From NCBI RefSeq assembly GCF_009914755.1, contig NC_060928.1: a DNA stretch of 64,000 nt; one strand, given 5' to 3'. Origin of the DNA: the human T2T-CHM13v2.0 reference genome, Homo sapiens. The position numbers were made by a program, and so were the translations under genes. Under the pieces are notes generated by a model. The model was not told where the DNA came from, ran no database searches, and was given only the letters and a program-made list of their open reading frames with translations. Positions 40,761 through 53,262 of the stretch are shown piece by piece; position 1 is the stretch's first letter, and each line of letters begins with the position of its first letter.

Positions 40761-40821
40761 TTGTGGAAGCATTTTTCTTGAATGATATAACTGAGCAATA
40801 TTTAGAAGTTGAACTTTGTCC
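40761..40821 (+). CDS. C4orf33: C4orf33 coding exon 2 (61 nt; VVEAFFLNDITEQYLEVELCP)
   Basis: ctctgttttcaaaag|TTG ... CC|gtaagt; phases 1 to 2 consistent. Confidence 0.96.
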
Positions 40822-43016
40822 GTAAGTATAAAATGTTTTTTCTTACTTATTACTACATAATTTGAACGTGTTATTTTCTAGTTATAAATGATATAGTAAA
40901 AGCTCATTAATTCCAGAGTAAGAATGGTACTCTGAATTTGCTTGAATGATATGCTTTTATATATTTCTTAGTTTCAAGTACAGAGCACATATTTAGAATG
41001 TATGTTTAGAATATACTCATATTCTAAATGTTTGAAAATCCTATGTCAATATTTTCAGTTCATTAATGTAGATTTTTGTAATAAATTTCAAGATAATTTT
41101 TTTCAAAACGAAAAGTCATTATAAAACAAAAACTCTCATTATTTACGCAATAAATTTGCATTATTATAATATAGCTGTTCGGAAATAAAAGGAGAGATAT
41201 GGGTATAATTAATTGAGCTAGCTTATAAAAATGTTTCTTTTAGGGGATTTTTAAATGACTAGATGAAACTTTAATTTTATGTATTACATAATTATGCATT
41301 CATGTATTCATTCTTTATTCATCATGCATTTATTAAGTATATGCTGTGTCACTTTTGCATTCAGTGCCAGGGTTTAAAAACTAAACCACATATAGATTTT
41401 CTTAGACTCATTACAAATATTAACCTTGGATTCTCTTTGTTCAGTTTTAACTGTCTCTTGGGAATCCTGTTTACCTGGTTGGCAAACTATTTCTTTTTTC
41501 CTGTAGATGTACACCTATTATCTAAATTATAGCACATTTAAAATTAATAAAGTATTTAATAATGAAATATTTCTTTATATTGCAGTTATTCATTTGAAAT
41601 GCCATTTAAATGCCTCTCAGTGTCTAACATTCAGAAGCCATTGCTCCTTTTGTAGGCTGGACAGAGAGCTCCAAACAATTGATTTAAATGAGATTTGTAG
41701 ATATTCTTTTATTTTCTTTTATTTTGATATTCAGCTAAATCTAATGTAGAAAAGTCTAGCTGTTTGCGTTCTGTTTTTTAAGAAGAGTAATCATATACCT
41801 TTGTGTGTTACATTTCAACTAACATGCCAAAATTTGTTATTGAAAAATATGATTAATTCTCATAAACTGCCATGAGAAGTAAGAAAATTTCAACTATTGT
41901 GTGCTTATTTTTACCCTACAGGTGAGAAAACTAAGGCAAACATTCATAATTTGTCTAGAGAACAGTAAAGAACTTGGATATCCTAAAATTTTGCCCTTAG
42001 TTTTAATTTTATTAGATGATAATATTGGTTCATTTTCATAAAGTGATGTCAACACTAGATGAATAGAATAATTAGATTCTCTCTTGTTAAGAAATTACAC
42101 AGTAATCATTGTGTATAAAATTAATAGATTTTAAAGGTTAAAAAAATTCACAGAGTAGTTTGGTTTCTTATGTATCAGGATAGTTAATAATCAAGAATCA
42201 TAGTTTTGCTTCAAGCAGTCATTTCCTGTAACAGTTTATTAACCTCTAGGAAAGCAACAGGAAGAATTTTTTTTATTTGCAAGAATTTTTACTCCTAGGA
42301 TGTACTCCTAAGGCTGCATAATAACAATAAAAATAATCAGAAGACTTTCAAATGGAAAAGAATACTTGGCTTCTGTTAGAATAGTTTACTGAAGGAAATC
42401 CTCCCTGAAAAGCTCTCAAAAGAGTACCTGTATAGAAATGTTTTAATATATAGGTTTTTCTAGAGTTAGTGAATTTGCTTCATGTAAATACATGAAATCC
42501 TTTGGTTCTTAATGACCTGGCTAGTCCCAATTGTACACTGTTATTAGAATTTCCCTTGGAAAATATACTGTGTTCCTTTTTGAAAACATGATGCTGAATG
42601 AATGGTAGAAAGCAGGAAAACACAAGAGGCAGACATGTTGAGGACCGTGTGTGAAAAAAATAGACAAAGATTAAAATCTTTAGCCTGTTGACTAGTTGTA
42701 GACTGTCTATGTTTTGCATTTTTTATTTTCCTAATGAGCTACCAGATAGTTTTCTTACAGAAATAACCTTTATTAAAGTGGTTGAATTCAGACTTGGAAA
42801 TTGTTGCTTGCTTTAGTTTTTGAAACTCGTTTTATAAAAAACTCCAAATAACATGGTATCTCTCTGACCTTTTTTCATACTTTGTATCATCTAACCACAT
42901 GAAGTATTTTATATAATTGTTTCTTTAAAGAATATAAAAAGCAATCTAAACATGAAACTTTATGCATTTGGTGGCAGTTGTCTGGAGAGTGGTAAACCCA
43001 AAGATGTCATTTCTAA

Positions 43017-43361
<345 letters not shown>

Positions 43362-43480
43362 TGCATCTTTTAATTATTTGGAAAATTAGTTGCAAGCACA
43401 CACATTCCATGTATAAAGGATAGTGAAGAAAATAACATTCATGTTTTTCAAACACTCATGAGGAATCTTAATTTTGACAG

Positions 43481-43532
43481 CCACGGACAGCATTTAGTGC
43501 TTTTACTTTCTGGAAGAAGAAATGTGTGGAAA
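43481..43532 (+). CDS. C4orf33: C4orf33 coding exon 3 (52 nt; HGQHLVLLLSGRRNVWK)
   Basis: attttgacag|CCA ... AAA|gtaagt; phases 2 to 0. Confidence 0.96.
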
Positions 43533-43646
43533 GTAAGTAAATAAAAATAGGAGGCAAAATCATTACGTACACAGTAATACACATATTTCTATGTTTAAAG
43601 TGTAAGCCCAATTTTATCTTTTGTGTTTCACATGTTGTTTCTGTAG

Positions 43647-43846
43647 CAAGAACTTCCTTTATTGTTCAGAGTGTCCAGAGGAGAGACAAAATGGGAAGGC
43701 AAAGCTTATCTCCCTTGGAGTTATTTTCCACCAAATGTGACAAAATTCAATTCATTTGCAATTCATGGATCAAAAGATAAACGAAGTTATGAAGCTCTTT
43801 ACCCTGTACCTCAGCATGAACTGCAGCAAGGACAAAAACCTGATTT
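43647..43846 (+). CDS. C4orf33: C4orf33 coding exon 4 (200 nt; [13 protein letters not shown]...QKPDF)
   Basis: gttgtttctgtag|CAA ... TT|gtaagt; follows a 114-nt intron. Confidence 0.96.
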
Positions 43847-45855
43847 GTAAGTAGAAAATAAATGAAGATATGTTCCAAATACACGAGTTTTTTCGAAATT
43901 AATTCTTAGTGGAGCAGAAGTAACACTTTTGATCAAAGAAGACGACATATGTGCACAAGTATCTAGTAGAGTCCAATGTTCACTGATGGTCCTCAGAAAA
44001 TACTTGGAAAACTTTGGACTGTCATAATCTCTCTCACTACTGTCAGTAGAGCACTTATTTTTCCATAGTGGTATGAGAAAAGTGTTGTTTGCATGTGAGA
44101 AAAGTAAATGTTGTAATAGCTGATATAGAAGTATGGTCACAAATTCATTTAAAATTTCTTTCAGAGCTAAAGGGCCAGAGGCATCAGTGTTTCCTGGTGT
44201 GAACAAACAGTCCCCTGTTACAAGGAAATCTAATCTTCAGTTATCTCTCTAGTTCTCCTCTTCTGGTAACCTCATAAGGATAAAAATATCAACTATGTTT
44301 CTAGGCAACACTGCTTACGATAAAAATGACCCTTAAGTGGCAAATTACATCTGGACTGAGAATAATTTTGGATGAACTATAAATATATGATGGAGACAGC
44401 ATGGCTTTGGGATTCCCCTGTAACAGTCATGTTCCCTGTGGGAACCCTGGAAGCTATGGCTATGGAGTTATTCCAAGAGATATTGCTCTCATGGGGCAGC
44501 AGGCATTTGAGCCAAGGTATCTGCTATGCTTTCTCAATTTGAGTCTTGTTTCCTTGCACCTGTAGCTCTCACATAGGCAGACTAGAGCTCCTGGCCAGCC
44601 TTATGAATGCTTCATGGACTTCTGCAAGGACTACTCCTTTAGGGAGGAAAGCCAGATGCTGTCCTGGGGCAAGCTGTGATTGCTGCTCTATATCTCTCTA
44701 GGTATACTCACTATGGCCAAGGTAGTCTCGTGAGTCTGGGCATTTGGAAGAACCTAACAGAAACATCCTAGTGAGCATTGCACTATGGTAGATGGACATT
44801 CCTGCCTTTTAACCTGTGGAATGTGCTGCATCGTCCTTCCTCTCCCTGTTTGCCTTCTCCTTCCTGCCATGCTCTTTATGCTTCTTTGTCTTTATCACTT
44901 CTAGCATATTTCTTTATTTTGCTTGATATTTTTTCCCCTTTTCCCTTTGCCTTTCTCCCCAATCCTGACATAGCTTTTACCTAGTCTTTTTTCCCCTTCC
45001 TTTTTCTTATCCTTCACTGTTTTTTCCTTAATCTCTTACTCTGGGATTGACAATTGTGATTCAAAAACTGACTTATCCTGGCCAGGTGGGCAGAATGAGA
45101 CAAACATGTAGTTGCAACTGACTCAAGGTCCTCCTATCAAGACGTCATGTCTCTCTGGCTCTTCATCAGCTAATACCTTCCTATATTCAGGCTCTTCATT
45201 CATACATTATTTGGAAGCTTATCTTAGGTGGAAGTACGATTATACATTGGCCAGGACAGAGCCAAGGCAGAGTGACTTCCTACAGAGTGGGGCTCCACTG
45301 CAGCATGTTAGCTAAGCCTTTCTCTCCTCATTAAGCCACAAGAGAAAGCTTCTTAATGTAGTTAAGTGGTTTTCCTCGAAAGAAAAGAACTGGGATTAAT
45401 ACTCTTTTACATTAACCTCTCTTGCTTCAGCAGAGAAGGGAATTAAGAAGTCTATCTTATCAATGGAACTGAAACTTTTCAAAACAATTGCTTATATGAC
45501 TGATATAAATTATATCAAAGTTTGAATATAAAAACATATGCAAGAGCATAATATGATTTGTTTAAAGCTGGATGGAATGAGTTATGTTTTGAGAACTGAT
45601 TTCTCCCTTCAGCTGTGAGGGAGTTATTTGCAGAATTGAAAGAAGAGTGCTTTGAGATGCAGGTGAATGTTTTCAGAGCTGAGTGTTTGACAGCTAGAGT
45701 GAGAAAACTGTACATATAAAATATATCTTACCTTTAGTATTGCTTAAAATAGAATGTTGTATTACAGTTGTGACAAAATAAATAGCCCTTCAGGACAACT
45801 ATTTCACAAATGCATAATTCATTTCAATTCCCACCTTCTTTTTCTTTGCTTTTAG

Positions 45856-45961
45856 CCGTTGCCTAGAATACTTCAAGTCTTTCAATTTTAACACACTGCT
45901 TGGAGAAGAGTGGAAACAACCGGAATCAGACCTGTGGCTAATAGAGAAATGTGATATATAG
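45856..45961 (+). CDS. C4orf33: C4orf33 last coding exon (106 nt; RCLEYFKSFNFNTLLGEEWKQPESDLWLIEKCDI*)
   Basis: Long polypyrimidine tract ...tttgcttttag|C; TAG at 45959-45961; total CDS 600 nt. Confidence 0.96.
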
Positions 45962-46019
45962 GAGTAATAGATAACCATACCGATCATTTTTTCCTCTATA
46001 CCTTTTAAGATAAACAAAA

Positions 46020-46025
46020 AATAAA
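46020..46025 (+). terminator. Proximal poly(A) signal candidate (AATAAA) for C4orf33
   Basis: Hexamer 59 nt after the stop codon. Confidence 0.45.
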
Positions 46026-46199
46026 TATCAATTTTTTAAGATGTCATGCATACATTTCAACAACAAATATCTTCATAGAAGTCACTGAAAATATAGTATC
46101 TGTGGCAAATTGTATATGATTAACAAGAAAATATATGATTCTTTGTAGATGATTTCATCTGTAAAGTCACAATGTTTCTCAGAGTCACTTAGTCCAGGA

Positions 46200-46830
46200 T
46201 GTTGCATTCCCAGCACACAGTACAGTTATTCTTGAAAACTACAAGTGAAAAAGGGGGAACAATTGAGGTTGTCCAAGGCCACCTAGAGGACTGTCTTGCA
46301 CTACCTTGTGATTCAACCATTTCATTCCTAGATATATACCCCAGAAAAATGACTGCTCATAGCAGCTTTATTCATAATAGCACAAAATTGTAAACAGTGA
46401 AATTTCCATCCATAGGAAAATGGATAGACAAACTACAATATAGTCAGTGGAATACTGTTCATTTAAAAAAGGACTGCTGATACATGCAACAACCTGTATG
46501 AATCTCAAAAACATTAAGTTGAGCAAAACAAACCAAACATAACATACTATCTAATTACTTTTATATTAAAGCCACTTCCAGGCAAAACTAATATTTGATG
46601 ATAGATACCAGAACAGTGGCTGCTTAGAGTGAGGGCAGGGAATTCAAATTGAATGGAAAAGGGGCCTGAGGAAATTTTCTGGGGTGATTGAAATGTTTTG
46701 TATTTTGATCTGGATGATGGTTATGTAGCTGCATATATTTGTCAACATTCCTCATGCTGTATGTTTAGATTTGTGATTTTACTATATGTAAATTAATTCC
46801 TTAATAAAATACTATTATAAAATAAGCTGT
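46200..46830 (+). mobile_element. Old L1 (L1MC/ME-type) 3' remnant in the C4orf33 3'UTR
   Basis: ccatttcattcctagatatataccc, gcagctttattcataatagc, atacatgcaacaacctgtatgaatctcaaaaacatt, ggcaaaactaat. Confidence 0.75.
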
Positions 46831-46838
46831 AAATTAAA
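46803..46838 (+). terminator. Distal poly(A) signal candidates (AATAAA 46803, ATTAAA 46833)
   Basis: Hexamers followed by a T/GT-rich stretch. Confidence 0.55.
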
Positions 46839-48194
46839 TGGAATTAACTTCAAGTTTACATTGAGTTTATATGTTTCCATTGAACAATCACTAGTGATGG
46901 TTAAATGTGGCTTATCGACTTACTCATTTCTTATATATGTTCTCTATCTAAAAAGAGAGCTGGTGTAAGATAAATGCTAACTTTTACAAAAGGTATTATT
47001 AAGTATCCTGACTACACATCATGGTGGCAGTGTTAGGCATCTTAGATAAATTGAGAAATTATTCTTAAAACTGACAATAGCAACTAATTAATTTGATATA
47101 GAAACGATCTGCCTGTTTTAGATACGAATGGCATATTTTAAATAACCTAGGACGATTTATTTATAAATTACCTGAATAATTTTATAAATGCATATAAAAC
47201 TATCAAAATAAAAACAAGATATATGTTAGAGCATCTTGATTTTAGAAGCGAATCAAACACTGTGAATCACAGTTTCAGATATAAATCATAACTATTTATA
47301 ATATGGATAAAAATGAAGCACAAATATGATAGATACAATCACAACAATATAAAATACTGAATTTGAATGTTGTAGCTTGTGAGCTTTCTCAAATCTAATG
47401 TGTATCTTTTTAAAATTTGTTTAGATGTTTTTTAAACATCTCTTAACTTTCTTTCATCTAGATAAGGCATTTCCTTTTCTTCCAATACCAAGCAAGCAAA
47501 AATACATTATATAAACATTTTCTTTTGAAAGGAACATGCATATCAACTACAGAATTTCGGAAAGCTTGTCCATTAGTCAGGTACAAATGATATATCCTAG
47601 AAACTTGTATCCAAGAAACTTTTATTTGAGAGTGGGTGTTTGTAATAGCCATTTCAAATTTGTTTTTCAACTTCAGGACCATGAAAGAATAATCATCCTT
47701 TTGTTTAAAATATGCATAAATGCATTTCTTTGCTGTGATTTGAATTGTTCACTGAAGTGTCAAGCAGATCTCTCTTCTCACCACCTAAATAGATTACACA
47801 ATGTGCATATTTATTCAGGTGCATTCTCATGCTTTTTCCCAGCTCCAGGAAAGTGTAAGTCACAGTCTGAAGGGAAATGTGCTTTTTATTTTTGGCTCCA
47901 AACTACTTTTTTTAAACGTTAAAAAGGTTTTTTGCCACAGGAAAAAAAAAAAACATTTAATTTCCCCTCCTTCTCCTCCTTTTGCTCCTTTTTTAAATGT
48001 TAGGCTTTTGGAGGACAGAAGATAATGAGCATAATTAATCTGATATTGAAAAAGAAAGGGTAGCAAGTGGATAAAGCAATTACAGTAAGCCCTCAGCCCT
48101 TTTCTCATGCCTCAAAGCTTAAGGATTGTCTCTTCTTTTCCATGTAAATTTCCATAATATTTTACACATTGCTTTATTACAGCATTTATTTCAC

Positions 48195-49930
48195 TGGTCC
48201 TAGATAGCTCTTCTGACCCACCTCCTATCCTCTCAGCCTAACTTTTTACTCCAGCCATCAGTTGCATACAGTGAACTGACTGGCCAGTTGCCTCAGCTGT
48301 ACTGTGTATGTCTTACTTCCTGCCCCTAGGGCTTCTCTGCTTCCTCTGCTGTGTGGAACACTTGCAGGAACCCATTTAGCCATTCTCACACATGAACTAC
48401 CCGGGATGTGTGAAGGGACTAAAACACCCCATGGGGCACCTCTTGACCAAAGAGGGTGGGAGTTGATGGATAACTACTTCTCTGTTACATCCCTCAGTTT
48501 AACAATTTATGGTCCCTTCCACACAGCTCCTCAGAAGTTCTCTTAAAAGGATTCCACCCTGATTACCCACAGCAGTGGCCAACTAGTAACACATTTTTGC
48601 ATTATCTTTCCTTCATTTCCATCATTTTCTGTTTTGCTCTTCCTGGTACCTCTCTCCTCTCTGGAATTGCTTAACTACAGTCAACCTCTTTGGAAGTTAT
48701 TGTCCTATGTTTGCTTCATGGGGAACCCAGGCTAAGTCAGTGATTACCTAAAGCAGCCCTAGAAAGCCGTTCATCAGGATGAGAATCTAGAATTGTATCA
48801 CAGGGCATTTGGTGACAAGGACCCCATTGTTGGTGGTAATGGCTCTGCTATAAGTAACTTCACAGTTATTAAAACAGTGGTAGACTGGCTTGAGGTGCAG
48901 CTGAGGTACCTGAAGCTATGAAAGCCATCTAGTCATAATGACTCTTCGTGTCAACTGTTCAGCAGGCAAATAGAAGCGGGCTACCATGCAGAGCTAGAGT
49001 TATAACTATTAATGGAAGCAGTATAGAGTATGTCCTTCCTAGGGGATTCATTGAGTCATCCTTTGGTGTTTCAATGTCAAGTGGTAATCTTAAATGGGCA
49101 ACTGTAGCAACCACAGCCTGACAAGGTAAAGCAACTAAGGACTCTGACCCTTTGAGGATGAAGGTCTAGGTCACCTCACCATTCAAACCACTTGAACCTA
49201 CTGAAGAGCTTGGCCAAATGTGAGAGAAATACAGAATTTGTGATGGAAGAGAGAGATGATAACTATCAATTATAGACTTGAAATCAGTTACAGGAGCCAC
49301 ATAACTTGTTCCACTAAATCTTTTGCATTTAGTATTTGTATAATGGCTGCCCACTTCCTTGAAGACTCTGTGACAGATTGGACTCAATGTGGAATGTGTG
49401 TGGCTCTGAGTGCTGCAAGGAGTGGACTGTATTTAATATCTCTTGTGTCCTATGTCACATCCTCTTAGGCCATTTTTCAATTCACCCATTTTACTCTTTG
49501 ATAGCACTTTACCTCTTTTGTCCCATGTATCTCTAGATTTCTGTATTAGTGCTTTTCTGACACCTCAGTTATGTGGAACACCTGTGGGAATCTGCTAATC
49601 TACTCTGATGTATATGCAAACCTGGAAGTTTGAGGGAATTGACAATAGGGACAGGATTCAGTGGATAAATACTCCCCTTTTCCGTCCCTTGGGCAGACAA
49701 TTCTGAAGTGCATTCTGTATAGTTCCTTAGTGGTCTCCAGTAGGACTCCACTAGGGTCTTCAGTTACCTACAGTACTGATCAGCTTAAAAATGCAATCTT
49801 AGATTGGCTTGCTTTATTTAATTTTTCCAAAGTTCCCAATCCCATTCCTTAGAATCACATTCCAAAATTAATGCACTGCACACAACCCTCTGCTTTTGTC
49901 AGGGGTAGAAGGGGTATCCAGCCTAAGGCA
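48195..49930 (+). mobile_element. LTR16-family ERVL: LTR (~48195-48739), short internal remnant, LTR (~49428-49930)
   Basis: Both LTR-like blocks end in ggggaacccaggctaagtca / ggggtatccagcctaaggca and share tggataa..act..., cacagc/tacag...cc motifs. Confidence 0.65.
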
Positions 49931-49974
49931 CCTAAGTCCAAGAGGAATATGTGCCTAACAAATCTTCTAACTAA

Positions 49975-50035
49975 ATATATATATATATATAATATATATG
50001 TTTATATATAACATATATATATATAGAGAGAGAGC
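49975..50035. repeat. (TA)n-(GA)n compound microsatellite
   Basis: atatatatatatatat...atatagagagagag. Confidence 0.9.
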
Positions 50036-50999
50036 ATAAAATGTGCTGTGTATGTGTGTAGCATATTTTTTGTTAAATCACCATTCCTGGGCCCTACTCA
50101 TTTTCTGATAATTTCTTATCTTAATTTGCTCTGAAAGAGCAAAACTTATAAAATTGACTATTGTAACTCTATTTTTTACCAACTATCATTTTTCATGGAA
50201 GGAATAGTAAAAAGAGTTACCTCTGAAGCTAAGATGACACATGTATGAGGAATATAGGAAGCCAGAAATCATGAATCTATGAAAAGTGAGGGGTGTCTGT
50301 GCATATTTTATTTTATTTCATAATAAATAACCAGTAATTAAAATATTCTTTTCCATGTAATGGGATCTACGAGTAAATTTTTGTCTGATATTTATAAATC
50401 TAATATGTAATATAAAGGAGAAATAGGAAATGCTGTCAAATGACATTTCACTTTACTACTTATTTGAATTACAATGAAATAATATATAGCTACATCACTG
50501 GCTCCTGAGAGAGCTTTGGGTGTTCTGTAAATTTTTTACTTTGCACTCTTGAAAAATTCGCAGAGAATGCAAGGTTTAGTAAAAATTTATTTTCTTTTGG
50601 CAGCCTATCACCTGTAATTTCCGTTAAACAGCATTTCTGACTCAATAGTACACTGAAAACCCATGTTTGTAATAATGCCCTAAAGCACTGCAGTACCTAG
50701 AGTATATATTTTGAAGAGATAGCTTTGCTGAAATAGAAAACCAAACTGTAAATTGAAGTCTGAGCATTCAGAGAAATAAAAATTATGCTAAAAACAAACG
50801 TATGTTTTTGAATTAGTTTTTTGAAAAATGGCAAAAAGATAATATTAGTGATATTATTAATATCATTAATATCACTAAATATCATTAGTATGCTTTGGCA
50901 TACACAGCAGAAACACCAAATGTCTTATACTCCCACAATAGACTGGGCTTTCCTTTTAGCTGCCTGACCTAGTGCAAGTGGCCTCATTGAAATATCTAA

Positions 51000-51230
51000 T
51001 ACTTATTGAATACTTATTATTTTTTCAGAAACTATATTAAGAACTTTACCCTTACTTTTTACAGCAATCTCAAAGAAAGTCAGATACTCTTGGAATGCTT
51101 ATTTTTAAAGTTAATGAAACTAAGACCTACAGAGTTAAGTATCTTGCCCAAGATCATACAGTTAAGAAGTAGCAGATTTGAACCCAGGGAATTTGATTCT
51201 CAAGAGAAGGCACTTATTTACTATGCTGCT
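51000..51230 (-). mobile_element. MIR remnant
   Basis: atgaaactaagacctacagagttaagtatcttgcccaagatcatacag...atttgaacccagg. Confidence 0.75.
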
Positions 51231-51273
51231 GCCTTTCTTAGTCTTCATTACTCATCTACAAAATAAAGCTATT

Positions 51274-53262
51274 GAGAGTGATGTCAGCAAGATGGCTGAC
51301 TAGAAACACCTGGCATTCATTCCCACCACAATAGAGGACCAAGGCAATGAATAAACAGCTAAGATTTTGACTACGGTGTTGAAGGGAGAGTGCTGGAGTG
51401 TGATGGAGGAGTAGTGATTGGAAGTCTACGAGGGTAAGGTGGAGGTACCTGTTGTCTGCAGCTTCATCTTCTCTGCCTGGATCAGATATACCTGGAGTCA
51501 GGAGAGACTTCACATGTGGGAAAAGGATAAGCAGGAGATCCCCACTGTCCCCCAGCCCCATAGCCACCGCAAACACCTATAGTCCTTAAACAGAAGAATC
51601 CCATAGTTCCTGTAAGCCCCGAGTCCATCTTGGAGAGCTGCAGGGAATTTATGCAGCTGTGTTGCACTGGATTAGCAGTACAAGGTGTATACTCCCCACC
51701 CCTACTCACCCACTGCGAGCCAAGCTGCTGCAGCATGGTGCCATCTTGAGACCTGAGCCATCTCTGGAGTGTGTCTTGCTCTGAGGTCAGTAGCCACTGT
51801 GCTTTTCCAGCACTGGGGCTCCATCTTCATTATGCCAAACCCACATGGATGATTGAACCTCACAACCCAGCTGTGGGGAGTCTGGGCTCAGGATTGGCTA
51901 TGACTCTGGTCTTGCATGGCAGAGAAACCAACCCCCACCCCTGCTTAAGGCAGGAGGAACCGTATACCAGTCCTTCCCAGGACGAAACTGCCCTCGAGCC
52001 AGCCAAACTGCTGCATGCCTTCTTCCAAGTGGGAGAGGTCTCTGAACATCCGAGCAGCTGATACACCCAGTGGAGTCGGCTATGTGCCCACACTCAGAAC
52101 CTGAGAAACAGCCCTGCACCCTCACATCCTCCCCTAACCCCACCACAAACACACCCCTGGGCCTTCCCACTGGCCCTGTGCTCCCAATAAGGACCTGAAA
52201 AATAGGTGGACACATCCCTAGGCTAGCCAAGCAGCCAAGAGCCTATGTCCCAGACCTGAGAAACAGCCCCATGGGCTGTCCCCAGTGGACATGCCCCTGA
52301 GCCAACGAAGCAGCCACTTGTCTGTGCTTCTGGCCAGTGTAACAGCCCTGTGGGTTCAACCATGGCAAGACAGACCCCAAGGTGGCTGACCTACTGTATG
52401 CATGCATGTACCCCTGACCAGAGAAATAGGGTGGTGAGCCCAATCCCAGCAAAGGCACACCGCTGTCACCACAAATTCTCTCAGCTTAGGCCACTGAAAA
52501 ACTCACAAACACCACTAGTGTGGATTTCAGTTAAAGAAACTACCTGGAGGCTACACTACTGCATCCACCTGAAATGAAGACCAACACACCCCACCCAACT
52601 GACACTCTAAGACCCATTAATACAAATCGCTCTTTTTCTATGAAACCTACCCCATAAAATTGAAGAAGTGACTTTTCTACCAGATGCGTAGAAATCAACA
52701 TAGGGACATATCAACTATGAAAAAGCAAGGAAATATGTCACCTCCAAAGGAAAACAATAGTTCTCCAGGAAGACTCCAATCGTAAGAAAATATATGAAAT
52801 GCCACAAAAAGAATTCAAAATAATAATCTTAAGTAAACTCAGTAAGATACAAGAGAATACAGAAAGATAATTCAATAAAATCAGGAAAACAATTTATGAT
52901 TTGAATTAGAAATTCAACAAAGAGATATCATTAAAAACCATACAGAAATCCTAGAGCTGAATAATTCAAAGAATGCAATAAAAAAGAAATACAATCAAGA
53001 GCTTCACCAGCAGACTAGAACAAGCAGAAGAAATAATTTCTGAACTTGACGACAGATCTTTTGAAATAACACAGGCACATCCAAAAAAAAAAAAAAAAGA
53101 AAAAGAAAGAAAAAAGAACAAAAGAAAGAAAAATATATTTGAAAGGATGAAGAAAGCCTACAGAATGTATAGAATACCCCATTAGGTGAACAAATATTCA
53201 TATTATAGGCACTCAAGAAGAAGGGTATGAAAATGGTGAGAAAAATATATTTAATAAAATAA
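51274..53262 (+). mobile_element. L1 (L1MA/L1M1-2-type) 5'UTR plus first half of ORF1, 3'-truncated
   Basis: Begins gagagtgatgtcagcaagatggc (YY1 site); GC-rich UTR with repeated cctgagaaacagccc units; ORF1-like atgaaaaagcaaggaaatatgtcacctccaaagg at ~52717; stops abruptly near 53262. Confidence 0.8.

Noticed and set aside
43811-44206. 131-aa antisense ORF overlapping a C4orf33 exon
   Set aside because: No recognisable homology, promoter or splice support
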